DNA of 64,000 nt. It comes from Dehalococcoidia bacterium (GTDB lineage: Bacteria; Chloroflexota; Dehalococcoidia; Bin125). Positions 42,073 to 51,674 of the stretch are shown in pieces (within the stretch, counting starts at the first letter, position 1; every line of letters begins with the position of its first letter). The notes beneath the pieces are model-generated. The model was not told where the DNA came from. It saw only the letters and a program-made list of their open reading frames with translations, and did not search any database. The translations under genes were made by a program, and so were the position numbers. Location: contig OZ244908.1 of NCBI GenBank assembly GCA_965221705.1, positions 30,154 to 94,153 on the forward strand. Reading direction: 5' to 3'.

Positions 42073-43652
42073 GCGATGCTCCCGCCAAACTGATGCCTCG
42101 CTGAGGTAACCGGATTGGGCGCCATCTGTCCCAGACCGCAGAGCGAACCGGCTGAGATGATCGGCATTAGCGCATCGACATCGGCCCGGTCGCCGTTGGC
42201 GAGCGCTTCGGCCAGTCGTCCAGAGCCCTCTCGACATGGCGTGCATTTGCCGCAGGACTCGTTCGCGTTGTATTCGGCCCAGACCGACAGCGCGCGTTCG
42301 ATCCCGAACGACTGCGGGATCGCGATGATGCCGCCTGCGCCGAGCAGCGCGCCGTGTCCGTCCATCGCGCCCGGCGCGATCGGCGTATCGAAGTTGCGCG
42401 GCGCGAGAAATCCGCCCGATGGCCCGCCCATCGTGACACCGACCAGCGCCTCGGTCGGCTGCCCGAGCTCGACGATTCGCGCGACGGGCGTGCCCAGCGG
42501 CAGCTCGATGACGCCGCGATTGGCAAACGCGCCGCTGAGCTGAATCAGCTTGGTCCCCGGCGCCGCGTCCGCGCCGACCTCGTGGAACCAGTCCGCGCCA
42601 AACTCGAGGATGTCGGGCAGGTTTGAGAGCGTCTCGACGCTGTTGATCGCGGTCGGCCGACCCCACAGACCGCGCTCGGTCGGGTAGGGCGGCTTCAGTC
42701 GCGGCACGGCGCGCCGACCCTCGATCGACTCGAGAATCACTGACTCCTCGCCGCAGACGTATCCGCCCGCGCCGCGGCGAATCTCAATCTGCAGGCCGTC
42801 CAGCAGCCCAGCGTCGCCGGCAGTTGCAATCGCGTCGGCGGCGGCCTGCGCCGATCGGTCAGCCATGCCGTTGATGTACCAGTAGGCCTCGCTCGCGCCG
42901 AGCGCGTAGGTCGCGATGCGGATGCCCTCGAGCACGCGCTGCGGATCGCGCTCCATCAGCCATCGATCCTTGAACGTGCCCGGCTCGCCCTCTTCGCCGT
43001 TGGCGACCAGGATCGGTTCGCCGTTGCGCGAGGCGGCGTCAATGGCGCCGCTCCACTTGAGTTGGACCGGGAAGTAGGCTCCGCCGCGACCCAAGAGTCG
43101 GGACTCGCTGACGAGCGCCACCACGTCGGAGGGGCTCATCTCGCGCGCAGTCCGCCAGCCGCGCCAGTCCGGGGTCTCAGAGGTTCGATTGGCTGTGACG
43201 CGAGTCAGGCCGCCAGGGACGACGGCGCGAGCCGCGTCGACGACGGATGCGTCTACGGACGACTCAAGTCGGCCGTTGCCCGAGACGGAGATCGGCCCGC
43301 CCTCAGCCGCTGCGCAGAGGAACATGCACTCGTGCGGCTCACCCGATACTGCGTCGTCGCCGGCCGCGATCCTGCAGGGCAGGCCTCGACACACACGCAG
43401 TGCGTCGCCGCCCAATGGCGACCAGCGGAACTCGGTATAGCTCGTGGCGACCGCGAACAGTTCGGCGCGAGGCATGTGGATCCAGCGCGCGACCTGCTCC
43501 AGCGCGTCGTGTTGCAGAAAGCCGTAGACCTCGTCGACGACATGCAGCGCAGGCAATGCCTGGGAACGTCTCCGGGGCAGCGCGCCGAGGTCGCGTTGCA
43601 GCTGCTCGAGACGCTCGTCGCTCACCGAGTCCTTGGTCGCTGGCGTCGCCAA
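42069..43652 (-). CDS. NuoE-NuoF-like fused diaphorase subunit of formate dehydrogenase
   Basis: N-terminal NuoE-like part (VATSYTEF, CRGLPC), GRGGAYFP, NGEEGEPGTFKDR, YVCGEES, ESCGKCTPCREG. Confidence 0.88.
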   Translation of the reverse strand: MATPATKDSVSDERLEQLQRDLGALPRRRSQALPALHVVDEVYGFLQHDALEQVARWIHMPRAELFAVATSYTEFRWSPLGGDALRVCRGLPCRIAAGDDAVSGEPHECMFLCAAAEGGPISVSGNGRLESSVDASVVDAARAVVPGGLTRVTANRTSETPDWRGWRTAREMSPSDVVALVSESRLLGRGGAYFPVQLKWSGAIDAASRNGEPILVANGEEGEPGTFKDRWLMERDPQRVLEGIRIATYALGASEAYWYINGMADRSAQAAADAIATAGDAGLLDGLQIEIRRGAGGYVCGEESVILESIEGRRAVPRLKPPYPTERGLWGRPTAINSVETLSNLPDILEFGADWFHEVGADAAPGTKLIQLSGAFANRGVIELPLGTPVARIVELGQPTEALVGVTMGGPSGGFLAPRNFDTPIAPGAMDGHGALLGAGGIIAIPQSFGIERALSVWAEYNANESCGKCTPCREGSGRLAEALANGDRADVDALMPIISAGSLCGLGQMAPNPVTSARHQFGGSIA

Positions 43653-43750
43653 CCGAGACCTCCCGTACCGCCCTCCGAGTCGCGCTGGATACCATTCTAA
43701 ATGCCACGTCTTCGCGCGACGCTTGGCGACTCTGAGAGGCGAGGGCGCCT

Positions 43751-44767
43751 ATGGCCGATCGACCGCACCCCGTCTCGTCGTATGACGAGGCGCATCGCGC
43801 CGTGCAGCCCGCTAGCCAGTATGGACCCGATCACACATTCGTTGGCGTGCCTCGGGCTCGGCTCGACGATTCGGAGTCATGGTGCGACGCCCAGGCTGTG
43901 ATCGTCGGCGCGCCATTCGACGCCGGCACGACGCATCGGCCGGGCGCGCGATTCGGACCACAGGCGATCCGATCCACTGACTACCTGCCGCACACCGCGT
44001 ATCGACCGCACCTCGGCCTGCGCGTCGATCCGTTGGGCGAGCTCGGTGTGGTTGACATCGGCGATGTCTACATGCCGCAGCTCGACAGCGAAGGCGGTCT
44101 GACGCGACTAATGGAGACCTGCCGCCAGGTGGCAGCGGGCGGCGCGATCCCTGTCGTGCTCGGCGGCGATCACACGATCACCTACGCCACCGCTCAGGGC
44201 GTGGCCAAACATCACGGTTTCGGCCGCGTCGCGCTGATCCACTTCGACGCCCACGCCGACACCGGCGACTCCGTCGGCGGACTCTGGGGGCACGGCACGC
44301 CGATGCGCCGACTCATCCTCAGCGGCGCCGTGCGGGGCGACCGCTTCCTGCAGATCGGTCTGCGCGGCTACTGGCCCGACCCGCCGATCCTCGATTGGAT
44401 GGCCGAGCAGCAGATGCGCTGGTACGAGATGACGGAGGTGGTCGAGCGCGGCCTCGACGCCTGCCTCTCGGAGGCGCTCGAGATCGCGGCGGACGATTGC
44501 GACGGCGTCTTCCTCTCCGTCGATGTCGATGTTGTCGATCCCGGCATGGCGCCCGGCACGGGCACGCCTGAGTCGGGCGGCCTGACCTCGCGACAGTTAC
44601 TCGACGCTGTGCGGCGGATCGGAATGGAGTCGAATCTGCTCGGCATGGACGTCGTCGAAGTGGCGCCGCCGTACGATCAGTCGCAGGTCACCGCCTTGCT
44701 GGGCAATCGCGTGGTGCTCGAGGCGCTCTCTGGCGTCACAGTGCGACGCCGTTCGGCCAGTGACTGA
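43751..44767 (+). CDS. speB: Agmatinase / ureohydrolase
   Basis: GGDHTIT, HFDAHADT, HGTPMRR, SVDVDVVDP..APGTGTPE. Confidence 0.88.
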   Translation: MADRPHPVSSYDEAHRAVQPASQYGPDHTFVGVPRARLDDSESWCDAQAVIVGAPFDAGTTHRPGARFGPQAIRSTDYLPHTAYRPHLGLRVDPLGELGVVDIGDVYMPQLDSEGGLTRLMETCRQVAAGGAIPVVLGGDHTITYATAQGVAKHHGFGRVALIHFDAHADTGDSVGGLWGHGTPMRRLILSGAVRGDRFLQIGLRGYWPDPPILDWMAEQQMRWYEMTEVVERGLDACLSEALEIAADDCDGVFLSVDVDVVDPGMAPGTGTPESGGLTSRQLLDAVRRIGMESNLLGMDVVEVAPPYDQSQVTALLGNRVVLEALSGVTVRRRSASD

Positions 44768-44793
44768 CGGCTGGCGACCGCTACGCTGATCGC

Positions 44794-45825
44794 ATGAGTA
44801 CGTCGCACACGGCCGATCACGACCGCGCCCGGATGAAGTTCGGCGTGCTGCAGTTTTTCAGCTGGCCCGGCCGACGCGTACCGCTGCCGACCGTCTACGA
44901 TCGCGCGCTGAACCGCATCGACATCATGGACGACAGCGGCTACGACTGCGTCTGGTTGGCCGAGCATCATTTCTCGACCTACTCGGTTTGTCCCTCCGTG
45001 CATCTGATGGGCATGCACGTCGCCGGTCGCACCAAGCGACTGCGGATCGGCACGGCCGTGACCTTGGCGTCGTTCTACCATCCGCTGCGCATCGCCGAGG
45101 AGGTTGCGCTGCTCGACGTGCTCTCGGGCGGTCGGGTCAACTGGGGCGCGGGACGCGGATTCGATCGCACGGAGTTCCGCGTCTTCGGCGTCGATATTGA
45201 AGAGTCATATCCGCGCTTCCGCGAGTCGGTCCAGGTCGTGCTTGAGGCCTGGCGACAGGAACGCGTCACCTGGCACGGCGACTACTTCGACTTCGACGAC
45301 ATTGAAGTGTTGCCCAAGCCTTATCAGCAGCCGACGCCGCCGTTCTGGGTCGCGGCCGGCGGACCTGACGCGATCGGTTGGGCGGCGAAGCAGGGCTATT
45401 CGATCCTCATGGATCCGCATGCGACTCATGCCGAGATCGGCGAAAAGCGCGAACGTTACTTCGACGCGCTCGGGGAGCATGGTCATCAGACTGACGACCG
45501 CGTGATTCCGATGGCGCGACTGATCGCCGTCGCCGAGACCGACGCTGAGGCGGAAGAGATCGCTCGCGCCGGCGCGCAGTGGACGATCGGCTCCTACGCG
45601 AACGACAAGGTCAGCGGCAACTCGAGTCCATCGCGACAGCTCTCGGACGAGCAACGCATCGAGCGCTACGCCAATCAGGTCGTGATCCACGGCAGCGCGT
45701 CCAAAGTGATCGACCAGATTGAGGAGCTGCGCGAGACGATCAATCTCGATTACCTGATCGCCTCGCCCTTCTCCCATGAGTCGTTCATGCGCTTCACGAA
45801 CGACGTCATGCCGCATTTTCAGTAG
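44794..45825 (+). CDS. LLM-class flavin-dependent oxidoreductase
   Basis: WLAEHHFS, HPLRIAEEVALLDVLSGGR, PKPYQQP. Confidence 0.9.
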   Translation: MSTSHTADHDRARMKFGVLQFFSWPGRRVPLPTVYDRALNRIDIMDDSGYDCVWLAEHHFSTYSVCPSVHLMGMHVAGRTKRLRIGTAVTLASFYHPLRIAEEVALLDVLSGGRVNWGAGRGFDRTEFRVFGVDIEESYPRFRESVQVVLEAWRQERVTWHGDYFDFDDIEVLPKPYQQPTPPFWVAAGGPDAIGWAAKQGYSILMDPHATHAEIGEKRERYFDALGEHGHQTDDRVIPMARLIAVAETDAEAEEIARAGAQWTIGSYANDKVSGNSSPSRQLSDEQRIERYANQVVIHGSASKVIDQIEELRETINLDYLIASPFSHESFMRFTNDVMPHFQ

Positions 45826-45879
45826 CGGGCCAGCCAATAGCCGACCAGCCAGTAGCCGACCAGCCAGTAGCCGACCGAG
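45820..45879 (+). repeat. 15-bp tandem repeat x4 starting in the LLM stop codon region
   Basis: cagtagcgggccagc / caatagccgaccagc / cagtagccgaccagc / cagtagccgaccgag. Confidence 0.85.
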
Positions 45880-45921
45880 GAAACCTGCGGCCTCCAGCAA
45901 CGCATAGATGGGAACCAGCGC

Positions 45922-46776
45922 ATGACCTACGAACTGATCAGCGTTGAACGCGCCGGTGAGCACGACGGCATCGTGTGGCTCGAGTTGAATCGGCCAGAAA
46001 AGCTCAACGCCTTGACGTTTCCGCTGCTCGCGGAGATGCACGACGTCCTACAGAAGATTCGAATGGATCGCACGGCGCGGGTGCTGGTGATCACCGGCAA
46101 GGGACGCGGGTTCTGCGCCGGCATGGACTTCGGCGGCGCGGGACGCGGCACTGACTTCTGGGACGACAACGCCGATCCCTTCCTCGACCATCCTGACCCC
46201 GACGGCGGACACGCCGACAATGAGGGCTCGCGGCTCAACTTCCGCTATGAGACCCGCACCTTCGCCGAGTTAAGACGACTCGACATTCCCGTGCTCGCGG
46301 GCATCAACGGACCGTGCGTCGGCGCTGGCTTCGACATGGCCTGTCTGGCCGATGTCGCCGTCGCCTCGACCAACGCGCGCTACCAGGTCGCATACGTCAA
46401 ACGCGGACTCTACGCCGACCTCGGCGGCTTCTGGGCGATCCCCAAGATCATCGGCTGGCGCAAGGCGATGGAGCTGATGTTTACGGGTCGCTTCATGACC
46501 GCTGAAGAGGGACACGAGGCGGGCGTCAGCAACTATCTGGTCTCGCCCGAGGAGTTCCCAGAGAAACTGCGCGAGTTCGCGCACGAGATCGAGGCCGGCC
46601 CGCCGATCGGCCAGAAGGTGGGCAAGCTGATGGCGTACCGCACCGCCAATCTCGACTACGAAAGCGCGCTTGAGTTGTCGGGCGGCGTGCTGCCGCTGGT
46701 CGACCACTCCTTCGACCGCATCGAAGGCGCGCGATCGTTCGCCGAGCGCCGCGAGCCCAAGTTCACCGGCTTCTAA
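45922..46776 (+). CDS. Enoyl-CoA hydratase/isomerase family protein
   Basis: LNRPEKLNAL, GRGFCAGMD, INGPCVGAG, F.ERREPKFTG. Confidence 0.9.
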   Translation: MTYELISVERAGEHDGIVWLELNRPEKLNALTFPLLAEMHDVLQKIRMDRTARVLVITGKGRGFCAGMDFGGAGRGTDFWDDNADPFLDHPDPDGGHADNEGSRLNFRYETRTFAELRRLDIPVLAGINGPCVGAGFDMACLADVAVASTNARYQVAYVKRGLYADLGGFWAIPKIIGWRKAMELMFTGRFMTAEEGHEAGVSNYLVSPEEFPEKLREFAHEIEAGPPIGQKVGKLMAYRTANLDYESALELSGGVLPLVDHSFDRIEGARSFAERREPKFTGF

Positions 46777-46817
46777 CGCCGACCGCCGCGCGGTCTCGCG
46801 ACTGAGAGAGACGAGCG

Positions 46818-47084
46818 ATGTGCCGATCGATCAAGCGACTGCGTCAGCCCGCGGGCGTATCCGTCGAAGCCGACGAGATCGAGCAGGCCGCGCGGCAGTT
46901 CGTGCGTAAGATTTCGGGTATTCAGCATCCGTCGTCTCGCACACAGGACGCCTTCCAGCTCGCCGTGCGGGACATCAGCCTGGTCGCCGAGCGCTTGCTC
47001 GACGATCTGCCGCCGCTGCAGCGGCCGCGCGCGACGACATCAACGACGCCCACAGCACGACCGCGTGAGGAGATTCAGCGATGA
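46818..47084 (+). CDS. DUF2277 family protein
   Basis: MCRSIKRLR...EIEQAARQFVRKISG. Confidence 0.85.
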   Translation: MCRSIKRLRQPAGVSVEADEIEQAARQFVRKISGIQHPSSRTQDAFQLAVRDISLVAERLLDDLPPLQRPRATTSTTPTARPREEIQR

Positions 47085-48247
47085 CCGACTTCCAGCTCAC
47101 CGAGGCCGACCGCATGGTCCAGCAGACCGCGCACGACTTCGCCGCCCGCGAGGTTCGACCCGTGGCGATGGAGTATGACGAGCGCAACGAGTACGCCTGG
47201 GACGTCGCGGCCAAGGCGGCCGAGATCGGTCTCACCGGCGTCCCGCTAGGCGGCAGGTCCTCACAGCCGGGGATCACGGCGATGATCACGGCCGAGGAAC
47301 TGAGCTGGGGCTGCGCCGGCATCGCGCTCGGTACGCAGGTGTCGGGACTCGCCGCGACCGCGATCTCGGTGATCGGCACCGAGGAGCAGAACGAGCGTTG
47401 GCTGCCCGAGTGCACATCGGACGACGGTCAGCTGCGACTCGGCGCGCTCGCGCTGACCGAGCCCGACGCCGGCTCCGACGCCGGCATGATCAAGACGCGC
47501 GCCACCCGCGACGGCGACGAGTACGTGATCAACGGCACCAAGCGTTTCATCACCGGCGGCGGCATCGCCGACATCACCGTCGTCTTCGCCCGCGAGTCGG
47601 ACTCCGAAGGCTGGCGCGACGTCTCCGCGTTCGTCGTGCCCAAAGACGCCGAGGGCTTCTCGGAGATCAAGGCCTGGGACAAGATGGGCATCCGCGCCTC
47701 GCACACCGCCGACCTCGCCTTCGACGACGTGCGCATCCCGCTCGAGAATCGGCTCGGCGACCCGGACCCCGACTTCCGCTCGGGAGGGCGCGGCGCGTTG
47801 GGCACGCTGGCCGCGACGCGGCCGTGGATCGGCGCGTTCGCGGTCGGGCTGGCTCGCGCCGCCTTCGAGTACGCCGCCGACTACGCGCGCGAGCGCAAGA
47901 CGATGAGTCGACCGCTGATCGAACACCAGGGCGTCGGCTTCATGCTGGCCGACATGGACATCGCCATCGACGCCGCGCGTCTGCTCACCTGGCGCGCCGG
48001 CGAGATGGCGGCATCGAATCAACCCTTCGACCTGGAAGAAGCAAGCAAGGCGAAGACGTTCGCCTCGGACATGGCGATGAAGATCACGACCGATGCGGTG
48101 CAGGTCTGCGGCGGCGTCGGGTTCATGCGCGAGCTGCCGCTGGAGAAGTGGATGCGCGACGCCAAGATCTTCCAGATCTTCGAAGGCGCCAACCAGATTC
48201 AGCGCATGGTCATCGCCCGCAACATCCAGGGTCGGTACTTCGCCTAA
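47081..48247 (+). CDS. Acyl-CoA dehydrogenase
   Basis: ALTEPDAGSD, INGTKRFITGG, KMGIRAS, MRDAKIFQIFEGANQIQR. Confidence 0.93.
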   Translation: MTDFQLTEADRMVQQTAHDFAAREVRPVAMEYDERNEYAWDVAAKAAEIGLTGVPLGGRSSQPGITAMITAEELSWGCAGIALGTQVSGLAATAISVIGTEEQNERWLPECTSDDGQLRLGALALTEPDAGSDAGMIKTRATRDGDEYVINGTKRFITGGGIADITVVFARESDSEGWRDVSAFVVPKDAEGFSEIKAWDKMGIRASHTADLAFDDVRIPLENRLGDPDPDFRSGGRGALGTLAATRPWIGAFAVGLARAAFEYAADYARERKTMSRPLIEHQGVGFMLADMDIAIDAARLLTWRAGEMAASNQPFDLEEASKAKTFASDMAMKITTDAVQVCGGVGFMRELPLEKWMRDAKIFQIFEGANQIQRMVIARNIQGRYFA

Positions 48248-48300
48248 TCCATCGCAAGAGCAATGTGCTCAGATAGGCTGAGGAGGCGAGGGAGGACGGG

Positions 48301-48642
48301 ATGGCGATCTTCAACACGGCTCGATTGCGTGATGTCCTCGTCCGCAGCGAGGTCGCGACTCCGCCCGCAGCCGCTGAAGTAGTTGACGAGTTGGAAGAGC
48401 AAATGGACGGCGTGCTGTCGAACTATCCGACGCTCGATCGGCTCGACTCCATGGAGCAGCGACTGCTGCGGGAAATGGCGGAAGTGAAACAGTACCTCGC
48501 TGGTTTGGAAACGAGAATGGCCGAGTCGGAAGCGCGCATCGCTGAGATGATGAGGCAACAGTCCGTCCACACCAATCAGGCCGTCGGCATCCTTTTGGCC
48601 GGGCTGGCTCTCGCGGTCGGCCTCATCCTCGGGTTCGGGTAG
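48301..48642 (+). CDS. Coiled-coil protein with C-terminal TM anchor (DUF1640/CCDC90-like)
   Basis: Strong SD ggaggacggg; FNT..L head, heptad stalk, GILLAGLALAVGLILGFG. Confidence 0.65.
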   Translation: MAIFNTARLRDVLVRSEVATPPAAAEVVDELEEQMDGVLSNYPTLDRLDSMEQRLLREMAEVKQYLAGLETRMAESEARIAEMMRQQSVHTNQAVGILLAGLALAVGLILGFG

Positions 48643-48692
48643 CCCAGCGCGCTTCACGGTCAGCCGAGCACTCGAAGTCTGAAGGCGTCATC

Positions 48693-48878
48693 GTGTCGAA
48701 CCAGTCGGCGAATGACAAGATAGACGCGATGGAGGAGCGGCTGCTGCGTTCGACGGAGAGGATCGAGGCGCACATGGCCTCGATGGAAGCGCGCATATCG
48801 CGCCAGTTGAATCGGATGGTAATCATCGTTCTGGCGGGTCTCGCCGCGGCGGTAGGCATCATCCTGCGGTTCGGTTAG
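48693..48878 (+). CDS. Truncated paralog of the upstream coiled-coil/TM protein
   Basis: DAMEERLLR...MEARI...IIVLAGLAAAVGIILRFG aligns with the C-terminal half of 48301-48642. Confidence 0.55.
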   Translation: MSNQSANDKIDAMEERLLRSTERIEAHMASMEARISRQLNRMVIIVLAGLAAAVGIILRFG

Positions 48879-48954
48879 CGCAACGCTCCAGAGTCTCGGA
48901 GGTTCCGACGGCTGAAGAGGCCGCAAGTTTGAGGTAATCTAGGTCTCGAATCAG

Positions 48955-49815
48955 TTAGAAGGCTGGCCCGTCTTGGTACATGAGCATGTTTACTCGCTCA
49001 CTTGGTACTCGACTCATGCACTGTAGCAACAGGGCAATGAACAGCGCCCATGGACTTGTCGCCCGGTATGACAGAGTGATTGTGCTCTTGCTGGGCAATA
49101 GACTGAGACTGTCATCCTTGGGACATACAGTACCGTCCTCAAATGAACGCTCAACTTCACCCTGCAACAGGCAGTTGTGCTTTTGCGGATAGGTTGATAT
49201 AGCGGTAATGTTGTCCACTCGCTTGTGGATATCCAACTTACGATTGTGGACCTCTTGGGCGTAAGTCTCCTTGAGCGAAGAGAGGTCTGTGCAGTCGACT
49301 GCCAAGCAGAAGAACACCGACTGCCAATAACGCCAAGGCTCGCCAAATAACACTTGAGAGGGCGTCGAGAGTTTTTCCGCATCGAGGTAGGCGCTCCGCT
49401 TTAGAGTCTTATAGCTATCACACTTGTTGAACACATCCTTAAGCGAGCGTCTGTTCAGCTCAGTTTTAACTTCCCCACAGGCGTACGTAGCTTCTACAGG
49501 AAACACCCTGTGACCCGTCACGTCAGAGGCCACAAAGATGTGCGGAGTGGACATGGCGTCATACAGGACGATATCCATCTGCTTGGACTCGCCACCATGC
49601 GAGTCGATCACAAAGCCGTGAGACACGCCGACTTTCGGTGGCAGCACTTCGGCAAGTGCGCGTCGAATCACCTCTTCAACGCCTGTGCCGATTTCTCCGC
49701 TGTGAGGGAGAGTTGACCTGATCCGAGCGATTTCTGCAGTGAGCCGCTCCTGCATATGCTCAAGAGATTGGCGGTAACGCGAGAGCTCCGGAACAGGATC
49801 TTTGGCTTCACTCAT
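48955..49815 (-). CDS. DUF6602-like PD-(D/E)xK nuclease-fold protein
   Basis: HSGEIG..VE..IRRAL...LP....V.HGFVIDSHG..SKQMDIVLYD....P...FPVEA.YACGEVKT; low GC. Confidence 0.72.
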   Translation of the reverse strand: MSEAKDPVPELSRYRQSLEHMQERLTAEIARIRSTLPHSGEIGTGVEEVIRRALAEVLPPKVGVSHGFVIDSHGGESKQMDIVLYDAMSTPHIFVASDVTGHRVFPVEATYACGEVKTELNRRSLKDVFNKCDSYKTLKRSAYLDAEKLSTPSQVLFGEPWRYWQSVFFCLAVDCTDLSSLKETYAQEVHNRKLDIHKRVDNITAISTYPQKHNCLLQGEVERSFEDGTVCPKDDSLSLLPSKSTITLSYRATSPWALFIALLLQCMSRVPSERVNMLMYQDGPAF

Positions 49816-49836
49816 GGTTCATGTACGGGGTGGATG

Positions 49837-49947
49837 TCAGACCGCGCCGGCCCAGGCGAGGATCGTCCAGACGACCATGCCCAAGAACCCAGCGCCTAGC
49901 AGCAGCTGGAACAGAATCAGACTCTCGGCCGGTCCGCGTTTAGGCAT
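49837..49947 (-). CDS. 36-aa small membrane protein (not in ORF track)
   Basis: GGAGG SD 8 nt before ATG; MPKRGPAESLILFQLLLGAGFLGMVVWTILAWAGAV. Confidence 0.55.
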   Translation of the reverse strand: MPKRGPAESLILFQLLLGAGFLGMVVWTILAWAGAV

Positions 49948-49977
49948 CGTCGTATCCTCCAACGCAGAGGATATCCG

Positions 49978-50313
49978 ATGCCCGACCTCGCGATCTTCGA
50001 CAGCTGGACTGACCTACGCGACGGCGTCCTGATCCTGGCCGGGATCGCGGCCTGCGTCGCCATGCTGATCGCGCTGGCCATCGTGCTCAAGCTGTCGCTG
50101 GTCGCCTACCGCATCGTGCGCCGATTGGAGCGCTTCCACGAGCGCCGCATTGCGGGCGCCGTCGCCGCCGCCGACGCTCAGCTCGTCGCTTGGCTCGAGC
50201 AAGATCGCTGGAGCGCCCGCGGACTCTTCGAGCTGCTGCAACTGGCCTCGCAACGCGTACAGGAGCGTCGCCGCCCGCCGCCGAAGCAGCGGCGCTGGTT
50301 CGGTCTGCGCTGA
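49978..50313 (+). CDS. Small membrane protein
   Basis: GAGG SD; one long hydrophobic helix and a basic C-terminus. Confidence 0.65.
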   Translation: MPDLAIFDSWTDLRDGVLILAGIAACVAMLIALAIVLKLSLVAYRIVRRLERFHERRIAGAVAAADAQLVAWLEQDRWSARGLFELLQLASQRVQERRRPPPKQRRWFGLR

Positions 50314-50433
50314 TCTCCGCCGCCCTGCGCCAGGTCGCGTTCTGTTGTCTGGGCAATACTGCTCGCGTAGCATGGTGCGCAGCCGCGCCTGACGGCGCGC
50401 TGATCCAGCAACACATCCTGGGAAGGACCCGAC

Positions 50434-51549
50434 GTGAAAGCAGCCATCTTCGATCCAGCCAACCAGGCCAAGGACGGCGACCGCTCCGTACTCGAAGTCC
50501 ATGACATCACCGTGCGCGACCCGGAGCCGACCGAAGTGCTCGTGCGCACGACCACGTCGGGCGTCTGCCACTCCGACCTGCACTTCGTCGACGGCAAGTG
50601 GGCCGCGGCCTTCGGCGGTCTGCCCGCCGTGCTCGGCCACGAGGCCGCCGGCGTCGTCGAGAAGGTCGGCAACGAGGTCACCTACGTCCAGCCGGGCGAC
50701 AACGTGATCATGTCCTTCCGCCCCTTCTGCGGCGACTGCTACTGGTGTCTGCGCGGCGAGCCCAACCTGTGCCCCGCCCCGCAAGACGCGCAACTGTCGC
50801 AGTCCCGACTCAACTGGGACGGCCGCCCGGTCGTGCAAATGGCCTCGGTCGGCTCATTCGGCGAGTACATGCTGACGACGCAGTCAGGCGTGCTCAAGAT
50901 TCCCGAAGACGTCCCGCCCGCCGAGGCGGCGCTCGTCGGCTGCGGTGTGATGACCGGCGTCGGCGCGGCGCTCTACACGGCCAAGGTGCCAGGCGGCTCG
51001 ATCGTCGCCGTGATCGGCTGCGGCGGCGTTGGACTGAACGTGATTCAGGGCTGCCGCATTGCCGGCGCGAGCCGCATCATCGCGGTCGACATCCTCGACA
51101 ACAAGCTCGACTTCGCCGAGAAGTTCGGCGCCACCGACCGCATCAACGCCGCCGAGGTCGACGCGGTTGAGGCCGTTCAGGAACTGACCCAGGGCATGGG
51201 CGTCGAGATCGCCTTCGAGGCGATCGGCAACGTCAACGCCGCGCGTCAGGCCTGGGACATGGTCCGCCCCGGCGGCACCGCCTGCATCGTCGGGATGATG
51301 CCGCTCGGCTCCGAGGTCAGCCTCCCGGGTCCGGAGTTCCTGCAGGAGAAGAAGGCAATTGGCTGCATGTACGGCTCGACGCGATTCCGTGAGCACATGC
51401 CCAAGCTGCTCGACCTTTACCGACAGGGCAAGCTCGACTTGACCGGCCTGGTCTCCAAGCGCTTCGCGCTGGACGAGATCAACGAGGCCTTCGCCGCCAT
51501 GCAGGCCGGCGAGGTCGCCCGCGGCGTGCTCGACATCTCGCAGCCATAG
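50434..51549 (+). CDS. Zn-dependent alcohol dehydrogenase (class III-like)
   Basis: GVCHSDLH, GHEAAG, CGDCYWC....NLC, GCGGVG. Confidence 0.93.
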   Translation: MKAAIFDPANQAKDGDRSVLEVHDITVRDPEPTEVLVRTTTSGVCHSDLHFVDGKWAAAFGGLPAVLGHEAAGVVEKVGNEVTYVQPGDNVIMSFRPFCGDCYWCLRGEPNLCPAPQDAQLSQSRLNWDGRPVVQMASVGSFGEYMLTTQSGVLKIPEDVPPAEAALVGCGVMTGVGAALYTAKVPGGSIVAVIGCGGVGLNVIQGCRIAGASRIIAVDILDNKLDFAEKFGATDRINAAEVDAVEAVQELTQGMGVEIAFEAIGNVNAARQAWDMVRPGGTACIVGMMPLGSEVSLPGPEFLQEKKAIGCMYGSTRFREHMPKLLDLYRQGKLDLTGLVSKRFALDEINEAFAAMQAGEVARGVLDISQP

Positions 51550-51603
51550 GCGCCATCAAGCGCTGACGCCCGATTCGTCGACATCGACGTACGACGAAGC
51601 ATC

Positions 51604-51635
51604 AACGCGCCGCTCGATCAATCGAGCGGCGCGTT
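51604..51635. terminator. Perfect inverted repeat, probable terminator/stabiliser
   Basis: aacgcgccgctcgat-ca-atcgagcggcgcgtt. Confidence 0.6.
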
Positions 51636-51674
51636 CGTCTGTGGCGACCGCCCGATCGCGGAGATCAATGATCG

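Noticed and set aside
42073-42666. N-terminal extension of the 1137-aa FDH ORF
   Set aside because: Overlaps the NuoEF-like gene in another frame; the real start is 42072 with an ATGA overlap
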